This document shows positions 29,093 to 37,424 of a stretch of DNA of 64,000 nucleotides, one piece after another (positions within the stretch are counted from its first letter, which is position 1; every line of letters begins with the position of its first letter). Source of the DNA: Escherichia phage radambza; the sequence record MN850639.1; one strand, 5' to 3'. A model generated the notes under the pieces. It saw only the letters and a list, made by a program, of their open reading frames with translations. It did no database searches and was not told the DNA's origin. The position numbers and the translations under genes are program-made.

Positions 29093-29515
29093 ATGAAAGA
29101 GCTTATTGGTAAAAGATTGACAGTTTACTGCTCTAAAACAAAGAAACCACTCACTTCTGTGAAGGTATTTGATGTTGACGACACTGGTGTAGAGTATCCA
29201 ATCCAATGCACAATAATTACTCCATTCAATGCAGATGATATGGATTTTAAAGAGTGTGAAGTGATATCTTTTAATGCTGATGGGTATTGGAGAGGTAAGT
29301 TAAACAAACAATCGAAAGATTTTGATATGCAAATCCTCATCAATGAAGGATATATCGGTGTAAAAGATATCCTTGTAGAAGCCTATGAAGAAGGTATAAT
29401 AGATGTTGTGCATGATGTTGAAGAAGCTTTAAAGCTCATTATGCCACATTTAGAATCTGGAAAGCTGACTTTAGAGATGCTTAATAGGGTTATTCGGAGA
29501 GCTTATGAAAATTAA
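29093..29515 (+). CDS. hypothetical protein
   Basis: 140 aa, ATG with GAAGG SD. Confidence 0.55.
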   Translation: MKELIGKRLTVYCSKTKKPLTSVKVFDVDDTGVEYPIQCTIITPFNADDMDFKECEVISFNADGYWRGKLNKQSKDFDMQILINEGYIGVKDILVEAYEEGIIDVVHDVEEALKLIMPHLESGKLTLEMLNRVIRRAYEN

Positions 29516-29969
29516 AGAAGTCGTTCAAAAAGCCATGCTTAACAATTCAACTAAACATGAAATGTACATAGAGATTTGTGATAAGCTGAATTGTTCAAGA
29601 CATGCTGCTAAGGTTCTTGTAAGTTGCTTTATCTGGGAATGCTCAGAAGCTTATATGCAATATGTAGCGTTTGAAAGTTCTCACTTACTAGGTGATGTAG
29701 AAGCTGGTGAGAAGCTAAAAGAACCTGAAGTGAAAACAGTCCCTAAAGTTGGTAATGTATACCGTCTTAAAGACTTCAAGACTGGAAAGATTGTTGCAAA
29801 AGGTGTAGTAGAATCTGTCTATCATGATGGTAAATACCTACTTAAAATATTTGAGTATGACAGCCACTATACGCACTTATGTGGGATTACATTCTTAGTA
29901 ACAGAAGAAGACCTTATTAAGAACAACAGCAACAAGTTTGCAGTACCAGCCTACCAAGTTTTACGATAA
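29505..29969 (+). CDS. hypothetical protein
   Basis: 154 aa, ATG start. Confidence 0.55.
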   Translation: MKIKEVVQKAMLNNSTKHEMYIEICDKLNCSRHAAKVLVSCFIWECSEAYMQYVAFESSHLLGDVEAGEKLKEPEVKTVPKVGNVYRLKDFKTGKIVAKGVVESVYHDGKYLLKIFEYDSHYTHLCGITFLVTEEDLIKNNSNKFAVPAYQVLR

Positions 29970-29982
29970 TGGTGTGATAGCT

Positions 29983-30531
29983 ATGGAAAAAGATAACTTA
30001 AAAGAAGTTGAAGGTAACTACTTAGTACTTGACTGGAAGGATGTTCGGGAAGCACTCTCCGAAGAAAATCTTGACTGGTTCGAACAAATTATCTTTGCAG
30101 TACGGCATAACCGAGAAGTTGAAAATGGTAAAGAGCCACTTGAAGGAATCTTTGTAGAAAGGTCTTATCCATTCTATGAAGACACTTTGCAGAAAGTTAA
30201 GATGTACTTTAAACAGAAGAACCGTAAAGTGGTCACTATGGTATCTCTTGGTGGACAGAGTATGTCTGTGATGGAAGATATCAACCCTAAGAGACCAAGT
30301 AAGGGTGTCTGTATAAAAATCACAGGTCATGAAGAGTACATCTCAGCAAGTGATTTTAGTGTGTTCTGTAATGGTTCTGCTGTCTTTAATGGGTTTCACT
30401 ATGATATCCGAGTGTACCCAATCAAGGGAGATGATATCATGATGCAGATATTCGATAACAATAATGGGTTCACTCATTTTTACCAGACAACTAAGTCATC
30501 CTTGAAGACAGTTTTAGAAAGCCTGATTTAA
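29983..30531 (+). CDS. hypothetical protein
   Basis: ORF-track TTG start at 29938 trimmed to first ATG (MEKDNLKEVEG...). Confidence 0.5.
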   Translation: MEKDNLKEVEGNYLVLDWKDVREALSEENLDWFEQIIFAVRHNREVENGKEPLEGIFVERSYPFYEDTLQKVKMYFKQKNRKVVTMVSLGGQSMSVMEDINPKRPSKGVCIKITGHEEYISASDFSVFCNGSAVFNGFHYDIRVYPIKGDDIMMQIFDNNNGFTHFYQTTKSSLKTVLESLI

Positions 30532-30542
30532 AATATCTTAAG

Positions 30543-30572
30543 AGCCTCCTTAATTGGGGGCTTTTTAATTTT
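30543..30572 (+). terminator. rho-independent terminator ending the plus-strand operon
   Basis: AGCCTCC-ttaatt-GGGGGCT hairpin followed by TTTTTAATTTTTAT. Confidence 0.6.
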
Positions 30573-30629
30573 TATAAAATTTTATCGGTTGTTCCAACCT
30601 CTGGGTCACCATCACATGTGAATAAAATA

Positions 30630-31850
30630 TCTACCCTTCTTAACAACCTTCTTAAGCTTACTCTCTATATATAGTTATATAGTACTATATAGTATCTTAG
30701 TATCTATCTAGTGGTCTTAATAGCCCCTCTGTATAAACCTTCTAAACACTCTTCTAACAAGCCTTCTTAACAACCTATACAATCACCTTAACCATCCCTC
30801 TACACCCTCTTAGAAGCTCCTATACACCTCTTAATCTCTATGTCAGCTATGTTACCCTCTATAGGTGTTCACTAGGTATTACTAAACCTCTATATAGACT
30901 GTTTTAACAAACTTAACAGGAATATCTTTACAGACCTTATCTCACAAGGTCTAACACGGTACTAACAAGGTATCTTATAAGCCTGTTATTACCTGTATTT
31001 TTAAAAGGCTGTATAGGTAATTATTCAGAATCTTAAAATTTTTATAAAATAGGACTATCAAGTCATTTTTTAGGGTCTTTGAAGGAACTGAAAAATATCT
31101 GTAGAGGATGTATATCTGCTTGGTAGCCCTTAACAGCTCCCTTACAAGTACTTTGCAAAATTTTAAAATATCCTTAACAATCTCTTAACAGTTCTCACAT
31201 CTTCTTAACAACTCTTCAAAGGTCTTAACAGTTTCTTAACAGAACTAACAAGGGCTTAACAGTTTTCTAGGGATTGGTAACAATACCAATTAACAAGTGC
31301 TGAATAGTCTTTACAGAGGCTTAACAGATGACTAACAAGAGCTAACAAGTTAATTTTAAAGAGTTATTTTGTTAAGATAATTAACAAGTTCCTAACAAGT
31401 GTTTAATCTTTTTAACAAGCTGTTAACATGGTCACTACTCTTTTCTTATCGTTCCCTTTCCTTTCTTAGTGATTCTTTAAACATACCTCTTAAAAGCTCT
31501 GTATAGCTCTGCATAACCCCTTTTAAGTCTCTTCCTAGTATCTACAGCCCAACTATACAGACACCTCTTTATAAGGCTTTACAGAAGCTTTAAAGGCTAT
31601 GTCAAAGACTCTTACAAGGCTTTTACGTGGTCTTAACAGAGATTTAACAAGGGGCTAACAAGTTGCTAACAAGTGCCTTAAAAGCATAACTATGTAGGAT
31701 TTGTTAAGAAATTGTTAAGAAAATGTTAAGGGGGCTAGCATTTACGTAACTTTTAAGCTACTTCAAAGTAACTTTTAAGCCCCTATAACATACTTTAAGA
31801 CACTAACAAGCCCTTTTTAGTTATTCACAAGATAGCTAACGAGATGATAA
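30630..31850. repeat. iteron-like array: about 30 copies of YTAACAR, densest at 31175-31430 and 31633-31720
   Basis: Motif starts at 31175, 31186, 31206, 31226, 31237, 31246, 31257, 31278, 31291, 31322, 31333, 31343, 31382, 31393, 31413, 31424; spacings mostly 10-11 bp or multiples; inverted copies TTGTTAAG at 31691-31720. Confidence 0.6.
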
Positions 31851-31956
31851 AGCTTACACCCTTATAAGATTCTTTTAAGGCTCTGGGAAGCTCTAGGAAG
31901 GGCTTTTTAGAGTGGGTTAATATGATTGCTTAAGTTAGGTTGATAAGGCTGTTATA

Positions 31957-31986
31957 GAGCGTTTTAGAGCGTTTTAGAGCGTTTTA
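31957..31986. repeat. perfect tandem repeat, 3 x 10 bp (AGAGCGTTTT)
   Basis: agagcgtttt agagcgtttt agagcgtttt read directly. Confidence 0.8.
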
Positions 31987-32153
31987 GTGGTTGCCCTTCC
32001 CTTTCGGGTTATGGGCTTACATTTAAGGGAAAGATTAAGTTGATTTGATAAAAGGCTATAGAGTAGACTATAGAGTTATTGCTTTTTAAGGTCTGGTAAA
32101 GTTCTGACTTGTTAGGTGGGTTTTAAGATTCTGGAAAGGAATTTGATAGACGT

Positions 32154-32176
32154 AAAAAAAGCCCCATTTAAGGGGC
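32154..32176 (-). terminator. rho-independent terminator at end of the minus-strand small-gene array
   Basis: Plus AAAAAAA then GCCCC-atttaa-GGGGC; hairpin then U-run on minus strand; second hairpin GGGGCT-attt-AGCCCC at 32190-32205. Confidence 0.55.
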
Positions 32177-32215
32177 TGTAAAGGTATCTGGGGCTATTTA
32201 GCCCCGTTGCGGCGT

Positions 32216-32464
32216 TTAGTTAGTGCCTTCTTTGTCGTAGTACAGGGAGACAATTTTTTCACCCCAGTAGTGGTATGTATAACCCTCTTTGAGAGCTTCC
32301 TGTTTTGTTTCTTTCCAGAATTCATCAGAGGGGTTGTAGTCACTGATGGTCTGGCTGATAAGGCCTTTCACCATTTCAAAGGCGTTATCAGTACCTACAA
32401 GGTCAAATTTAACGTCCAGAGAGTAGAAGCCAAATTCGTTAACAGTTGCGCGGATAGTAGCCAT
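32216..32464 (-). CDS. small hypothetical protein (cassette gene 1)
   Basis: 82 aa; ATG preceded by the conserved leader. Confidence 0.55.
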   Translation of the reverse strand: MATIRATVNEFGFYSLDVKFDLVGTDNAFEMVKGLISQTISDYNPSDEFWKETKQEALKEGYTYHYWGEKIVSLYYDKEGTN

Positions 32465-32569
32465 TTTTGAATCTCCAGTTTAGGAAGTTGATTAAGGGTT
32501 TTATTTAGTGGGGAAGGTCATTCCCTCCCCGTTGATTGACAATTTACAAACTTTTGATTGTCTCGTCAA
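32465..32569 (-). promoter_or_regulatory. conserved promoter/leader cassette, type A
   Basis: Minus strand TTGACG-17nt-TAAATT, leader hairpin GGGGAGGG-aatga-CCTTCCCC (G-U pair), then GGAGATTCAAAAATG. Confidence 0.5.
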
Positions 32570-33119
32570 TATCTTTTTCAATATCTTTTAAAGTTTTTTC
32601 TAAGTTCTTGATATTGAAAGATAAGCCTTCCCCCAGTGTCTTAGAGTAACCGCTAGGACGTGAGTCATAGAGTTCGATTTCTTCCACTTCGAAGAGGCTA
32701 ACCAACTCACCGCTTACACTGTAAGCCATTGAAACAGTATTTACAGGGGCTTTATAGAACTTGTTTAAAGACTTGATAGAACGCTCGTAAGCCATTTTAT
32801 AGCCATTTAAAAGGTCTTTAACGTGGTTACGAACGTTTTTACACTCATCTAAGTAAATCTCTAAGAATAACGGTAATAATTCTGCTACAGCTTGCATAAA
32901 GTGAGAGACTACAACGGTTGCAACATTACGACGATGGATATAATAAGCCCCGTTTTCTGATTTGGTGATGGTTGCAAAGTGTACACCGTTGCAGCGGAAT
33001 TCATAGGTATCTTTAACAGGCTTAGACATTACAGCATTTGAGCGAATGTAGTTGATAGCTCGAAATTTGTTCATTTTTGAATCTCCTAGTTTAAGGACTT
33101 TGTTTAGTGGGGAGGTCAT
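32544..33119 (-). CDS. hypothetical protein (cassette gene 2)
   Basis: 191 aa; ATG preceded by conserved leader. Confidence 0.55.
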   Translation of the reverse strand: MTSPLNKVLKLGDSKMNKFRAINYIRSNAVMSKPVKDTYEFRCNGVHFATITKSENGAYYIHRRNVATVVVSHFMQAVAELLPLFLEIYLDECKNVRNHVKDLLNGYKMAYERSIKSLNKFYKAPVNTVSMAYSVSGELVSLFEVEEIELYDSRPSGYSKTLGEGLSFNIKNLEKTLKDIEKDIDETIKSL

Positions 33120-33166
33120 TACCTCCCGTTGATTAGTAATTTACTTGTTTTGATATCTGATTGCAA
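33120..33166 (-). promoter_or_regulatory. conserved promoter/leader cassette, type A variant
   Basis: TTGCAA-17nt-TAAATT, hairpin GGGGAGGT-cattac-CTCCC with stem changes that keep pairing. Confidence 0.5.
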
Positions 33167-33295
33167 GCAATTTTTTAAGTTTATCTATAAAGAATCTTTT
33201 AAGTTAATCCCTTTTAGATAAACCCCCTCGAACAAATCTACCAATGTCAAGGGGCGTTGTCAATACTTTTTTGAAAGTTTTTTGTAAGTTATTGA

Positions 33296-33637
33296 TTAAC
33301 TGATGAATATTTTTTCAGGTTTTACATAGCTGATACGCTGACTTTTTAGCAGGTCATCCCAGATTAACGCGGCGATATGGGCATAACCGGATTCACGTAA
33401 TAACTTCATCGTTTTACATCTCGTTTCAAATCGGGTTGCGTAGAACTCGCTGTTTAAAGTCGTTTTCTTCCCTTCATTGTCTACATGGATAATCTGCATC
33501 ACTTGAAAGGGGCTTGTGTCCTCGCCTTTGTTCCACTGTTCAAAGTATTTTAGGCACTGCATAGGCGACATCTTATCACTAACCTGAGTTGACCAAGATG
33601 AACCCTCTTTATCAGTAATTACGGTTACATAAGCCAT
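33296..33637 (-). CDS. hypothetical protein (cassette gene 3)
   Basis: ORF-track start at 33682 trimmed to ATG at 33635-33637 (MAYVTVITDK...) set by the conserved leader. Confidence 0.55.
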   Translation of the reverse strand: MAYVTVITDKEGSSWSTQVSDKMSPMQCLKYFEQWNKGEDTSPFQVMQIIHVDNEGKKTTLNSEFYATRFETRCKTMKLLRESGYAHIAALIWDDLLKSQRISYVKPEKIFIS

Positions 33638-33730
33638 TTTTTGAATCTCCAGTTTAGGATTTTGTTTAGTGGGGAAGGTCATTCCCTCCCCGTTGATGTG
33701 TAATTTACAGATTTTTATCAGGCTTGTCTA
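33638..33730 (-). promoter_or_regulatory. conserved promoter/leader cassette, type A
   Basis: TAGACA-17nt-TAAATT, hairpin, conserved SD context. Confidence 0.5.
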
Positions 33731-33961
33731 GTCTTTTTCTATAATTATTTCATATTGACCGTCTACACTATCGAAATAGATACCATCTTCATCTTCTGTC
33801 TTAAAGTAACATTGTATGTCATCACTGGCGGGATAGTCTTGTCTTGCTATCTGGCAAACTTGAATAGCATTTTCTTTACTTCCTGTAAACTCCTCAAGCC
33901 CTTTAAAATCACATGAATGGCCATTACAAATTGAGAGGATGAGATAAACGGTTGTTAGCAT
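33728..33961 (-). CDS. small protein with hydrophobic N-terminus (possible signal peptide)
   Basis: 77 aa, MLTTVYLILSICNGHSC...; no conserved leader; preceded by hairpin GCCCC-tacaa-GGGGC at 33980-33994. Confidence 0.45.
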   Translation of the reverse strand: MLTTVYLILSICNGHSCDFKGLEEFTGSKENAIQVCQIARQDYPASDDIQCYFKTEDEDGIYFDSVDGQYEIIIEKD

Positions 33962-34027
33962 GATTTAAGCCCTCTAAAAGCCCCTACAAGGGGCTAATCA
34001 GTGTTTATAAGGTGATTGTGTAGGTTT

Positions 34028-34570
34028 TTAGAAAAAGCTCTTTAAATCCTCTTCTGCGATGTTTCCCGTTAGTGTGTCCATGATGTCACAAAAAACCTGA
34101 ATACTGTCCGACTGTTGGACACTTTTAGCAAGAAGCTCCAGAGACTCATCAAGATAATTTAAATTTGGGTTATCCAATGAAGGAAGACAAAAAGGCGAAT
34201 ACATAGCGTTAAACTCTGTTACGTAAACCTTTTTAATCCAATTTAAATCGAAGTATTCTGTAAAACTTGCTACGCCAGACATATTATCACAAGAATAATC
34301 GTCATTTAGGTCATCCTCTGGGATATCAAGTTCTAAGATAACAATATTTTGGGTTTTCATCTGGAAAGCGGCCGTAATAGTGGCATTACCTAACGCTTGC
34401 TGGATACCTTCAGAGATTATCTCTTCCTCATCGTCGCCATAGATTTTATTTTCTGGGTACACGTAAAAATTGCCGTCCATATCCGAACAATTCCATGCAC
34501 CTGATGGCTTGTCACCGTTATTAATCAGGTTGAGGAAATTTTCTTGGGTAGTTCCGTGATAGCATTTCAT
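34028..34570 (-). CDS. acidic hypothetical protein (cassette gene 4)
   Basis: 180 aa; ATG preceded by conserved leader. Confidence 0.55.
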   Translation of the reverse strand: MKCYHGTTQENFLNLINNGDKPSGAWNCSDMDGNFYVYPENKIYGDDEEEIISEGIQQALGNATITAAFQMKTQNIVILELDIPEDDLNDDYSCDNMSGVASFTEYFDLNWIKKVYVTEFNAMYSPFCLPSLDNPNLNYLDESLELLAKSVQQSDSIQVFCDIMDTLTGNIAEEDLKSFF

Positions 34571-34652
34571 TTTTGAATCTCCTAGTTTAAGGATTGAGTG
34601 ATTAAGCTCTTTATCTGGGGCTTAAGATATCAACTTCCAAGCCCCCTGTAAA
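34571..34652 (-). promoter_or_regulatory. conserved promoter/leader cassette, type B
   Basis: TTTACA-17nt-TATCTT with hairpin GGGGCTT...AAGCCCC overlapping the spacer. Confidence 0.45.
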
Positions 34653-34657
34653 GTACT

Positions 34658-34861
34658 TTATTTGTTATTTTTGACAACTTTTAAAACTGCAAGATAACCT
34701 AAGCAATAAGAATCACCGAAGAGAGTCCTACCCATGAAAGAGTCCTCTTTGATATCCTTTGCAGTGACAGTTTTCTCTACGCCGTGGGAAAGGACTACAT
34801 CACCAACTTTAATATCTTTGATGTGAGTTGTTTCAATGTGTAAGCCGTTAATAATAGCCAT
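34658..34861 (-). CDS. small hypothetical protein (cassette gene 5)
   Basis: 67 aa; conserved leader. Confidence 0.5.
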   Translation of the reverse strand: MAIINGLHIETTHIKDIKVGDVVLSHGVEKTVTAKDIKEDSFMGRTLFGDSYCLGYLAVLKVVKNNK

Positions 34862-34952
34862 TTTAGAATCTCCAGTTTAGGATTTTATTTAGTGGGAAGG
34901 TCATCCCCTTCCCGTTGATGTGTAATTTAATCTATCTAAAAACCAGTGTCAA
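34862..34952 (-). promoter_or_regulatory. conserved promoter/leader cassette, type A
   Basis: TTGACA-17nt-TAAATT, hairpin GGGAAGGGG-atga-CCTTCCC. Confidence 0.5.
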
Positions 34953-34961
34953 CAAAATTTT

Positions 34962-35366
34962 TTAGAGTTCTGCATAAATTGCATCACAGACATCGCGAAA
35001 ATCATGATTTGTCAAATTACGTTGTAACCAAGTGGCAAAGAAATCAGCGATTGCAAAATTAGCGTCATACTCGACAGATAACCATACTTTCACGGCAAAT
35101 CGAAACATTTTTAAATCAAGCTCTTTATTCATTACCTTCGATTTGCCTAACATGTCAGCCATTTCATATTGCGCACCGTCTAGCGTGATACCTGCTGCAA
35201 CGTCAGCCAATGAACTTTTTACGTTTTCAACGTCTAAGATAACGCTTTGAATCTTTCCGATAATGTTGTGCAATGTTTCATCAGGCGCTGATGACGTCAT
35301 GATATTGATTCGATTAACGGTCAAGCGTGCTTTTAAGATTGATAATTCACGGTTATTAATAGCCAT
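34962..35366 (-). CDS. hypothetical protein (cassette gene 6)
   Basis: 134 aa; conserved leader. Confidence 0.55.
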   Translation of the reverse strand: MAINNRELSILKARLTVNRINIMTSSAPDETLHNIIGKIQSVILDVENVKSSLADVAAGITLDGAQYEMADMLGKSKVMNKELDLKMFRFAVKVWLSVEYDANFAIADFFATWLQRNLTNHDFRDVCDAIYAEL

Positions 35367-35446
35367 TTTAGAATCTCCAATTTAGGATTGAGTGGTAAAG
35401 TTCTTTATCTGGGGCTTACTTTATCGAACTATAAGCCCCCTGTAAA
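35367..35446 (-). promoter_or_regulatory. conserved promoter/leader cassette, type B
   Basis: TTTACA-17nt-TAAAGT embedded in hairpin GGGGCTTA...TAAGCCCC. Confidence 0.45.
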
Positions 35447-35451
35447 GTACT

Positions 35452-35724
35452 TTACACTAAATGCAGTTTTTTACCTTTTACTATAATGTAACTCGATGCA
35501 CTATTGCTTTGCACATCCTGATAAATTCTGCGCAAACGGCCTTCATAGTGTACTTTCCAACTGGTTGGAATCTTTTTACCGTATCCGGTAGCAGTTTTTT
35601 GGAGTCCTGCGACTTGCCAATCTAAGATATGTTGTTCAGCTTGTAAGTCTTCAAAGTGCATGACACCATCTACATAGTGACGTAGTGTGACATTTAAAGT
35701 GCGACCGTTGTTAGTAGTATACAT
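35452..35724 (-). CDS. small hypothetical protein (cassette gene 7)
   Basis: 90 aa; conserved leader. Confidence 0.5.
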   Translation of the reverse strand: MYTTNNGRTLNVTLRHYVDGVMHFEDLQAEQHILDWQVAGLQKTATGYGKKIPTSWKVHYEGRLRRIYQDVQSNSASSYIIVKGKKLHLV

Positions 35725-35816
35725 TTTAGAATCTCCAGTTTAGGACTTTATTTAGTGGGGAAGGTCATCCCCTTCCCGTTGATGTGTAATTTAATCTATC
35801 TAAAAATCAGTGTCAA
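35725..35816 (-). promoter_or_regulatory. conserved promoter/leader cassette, type A
   Basis: TTGACA-17nt-TAAATT, hairpin, SD. Confidence 0.5.
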
Positions 35817-36145
35817 GAATTTTGTTTTCGTTTGCTCAACTCTTGAACAATTACAGCATGATAGTCTTTCAAGTCACTGATGTTTAAAGCATTTATCAGA
35901 GAATTATAATCATCAACTAACTGAAAATCATCTTTGAAGATGTCACTTATCTGATAGGTTTTGGCTTTATATCTGAAGCTCATCTCTAGCCGCTTTATTT
36001 GCTCATCACTGAGACGTCCTAGAAAGCTTTCTACAAGGTTATTGCTAACCTGCTGTGTGATTGCCTTATTTGCTAGATTATAGGCTTTATATGCCTTATA
36101 TAGCGCGAAAATGGCAATGATTGCAGTGATACCAGTCATTAACAT
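35813..36145 (-). CDS. small membrane protein (N-terminal TM)
   Basis: 110 aa, MLMTGITAIIAIFALYKAY...; start overlaps upstream stop. Confidence 0.5.
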   Translation of the reverse strand: MLMTGITAIIAIFALYKAYKAYNLANKAITQQVSNNLVESFLGRLSDEQIKRLEMSFRYKAKTYQISDIFKDDFQLVDDYNSLINALNISDLKDYHAVIVQELSKRKQNS

Positions 36146-36435
36146 GGTGTTTCCTCTTTACGTGATACTTTGCCACTTACAGTTATCTCATAAGATTCTA
36201 ATAAATCGCTTTTAGACTTTACAGGGCTTTTAAAAGTATCATCGTAAATATTGACTTGCAATACAGGTTTTTTATACTCCCTGCAACTACTCCATAAGCA
36301 AATCACTACACGACGGCCTTTGATTTTTCCGTGTAACCATTCCATAACATCATGACTATTCCTTGATGTTTCAATGAAATCAATTTTATTAAGTAACTTG
36401 CTTAGATTTTCACGGACTTTATTTGATAGTTTCAT
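36139..36435 (-). CDS. small hypothetical protein (cassette gene 8)
   Basis: 98 aa; conserved leader. Confidence 0.5.
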   Translation of the reverse strand: MKLSNKVRENLSKLLNKIDFIETSRNSHDVMEWLHGKIKGRRVVICLWSSCREYKKPVLQVNIYDDTFKSPVKSKSDLLESYEITVSGKVSRKEETPC

Positions 36436-36515
36436 TTTTGAATCTCCAGTTTAGGATTTAGTGGTAAAGCTCTTTATCTGGGGCTTACTTTATCGAACTA
36501 TAAGCCCCTTGTAAA
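36436..36515 (-). promoter_or_regulatory. conserved promoter/leader cassette, type B
   Basis: TTTACA-17nt-TAAAGT embedded in hairpin; near-identical to the 35367-35446 element. Confidence 0.45.
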
Positions 36516-36523
36516 GTACTTTA

Positions 36524-36904
36524 TCAGTTAATTTTGAAGATTGTTACATAACCATCGCTCCCGATGATTTGTGATACTCCAGCTTTTTCTACTTGATAGC
36601 CCATATTTTCAAGATGATAAATAGCGTCATCGTAACCATATGCGCCACCCTGATAACGTCTCTTATCGCATCTTATCAGGTTTTTTCCACGCCCAGCAAG
36701 TGCATGTAGAATTGTTTTTTCACTTGAAAGAGTGCCATCTAACATGGTTGCCGTGTAATGGTTGATTTTATTCCCGTTGATATCATACTTAAAATTGAAC
36801 GAGTGAACAACAATCACATTACCTTTGAAATTTTCATCAAGTGACTTCTCCAGTACGCTACGAAAGTTGTCTTTGTTGATGAATTTAGGCGCACGATATT
36901 TCAT
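36524..36904 (-). CDS. hypothetical protein (cassette gene 9)
   Basis: 126 aa; conserved leader. Confidence 0.55.
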   Translation of the reverse strand: MKYRAPKFINKDNFRSVLEKSLDENFKGNVIVVHSFNFKYDINGNKINHYTATMLDGTLSSEKTILHALAGRGKNLIRCDKRRYQGGAYGYDDAIYHLENMGYQVEKAGVSQIIGSDGYVTIFKIN

Positions 36905-36997
36905 TTTTGAATCTCCAGTTTAGGACTTTATTTAGTGGGGAAGGTCATTCCCTCCCCGTTGATGCAAATACTAGATAACCCCGTTCAAAGAGTCAAG
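36905..36997 (-). promoter_or_regulatory. conserved promoter/leader cassette, type A
   Basis: TTGACT-18nt-TAGTAT, hairpin GGGGAGGG-aatga-CCTTCCCC, SD. Confidence 0.5.
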
Positions 36998-37123
36998 AAA
37001 AATTTTAAAAATATCTTTGGCAAAACTGTAATGAAACGGGCGCACACGACTACCACAAAACAGAACACAAATCAAGAATTATTTTTCAATCCGCTACAAA
37101 TTTTTCTCTTGACTTTTGGGGAG

Positions 37124-37352
37124 AGGGGGAGTAAGAGGGGGAGAGGGGTTGGTCTGGCTCTCTATAAAAACCTACCTGCACGATTCTAAAATGATTTTTC
37201 TTGCCCGACCTGAGCGGGGTCTGCACGTTTTGAAAATGAAAAAGCCCTTTGGAGATTACCTGCACAGTTTGAAAATGAATTTTCTCTTTGGAGTTCAAAA
37301 TTTTCTCTACAGATTTCTATACAGAACTCTACCTGCACAATCCTGAAATGAA
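37124..37352. repeat. intergenic repeat cluster: purine tract GGGGAGAGGGGGAG... and four copies of CTGCAC-N5-6-GAAAATGA
   Basis: Copies begin at 37176, 37221, 37260, 37333; two are followed by AAAAAGCCC. Confidence 0.6.
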
Positions 37353-37424
37353 AAAGCCCTCCTTACCTGAAAAATTTACCAGATAAGAAAGGCTTAGTCT
37401 ATTATGAATATTCTACAGAGTTTC

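Noticed and set aside
30573-32215. Possible CRISPR array
   Set aside because: Repeats here are 6-10 bp motifs at irregular, helically phased spacing, not 25-40 bp direct repeats with unique spacers; no cas genes.
36935-37346. Three overlapping ORF-track ORFs (36935..37189 +, 37086..37298 -, 37116..37346 +)
   Set aside because: They lie in the repeat-rich spacer, overlap each other on both strands, have no RBS, and their sequences are translations of the DNA repeats; treated as non-coding.
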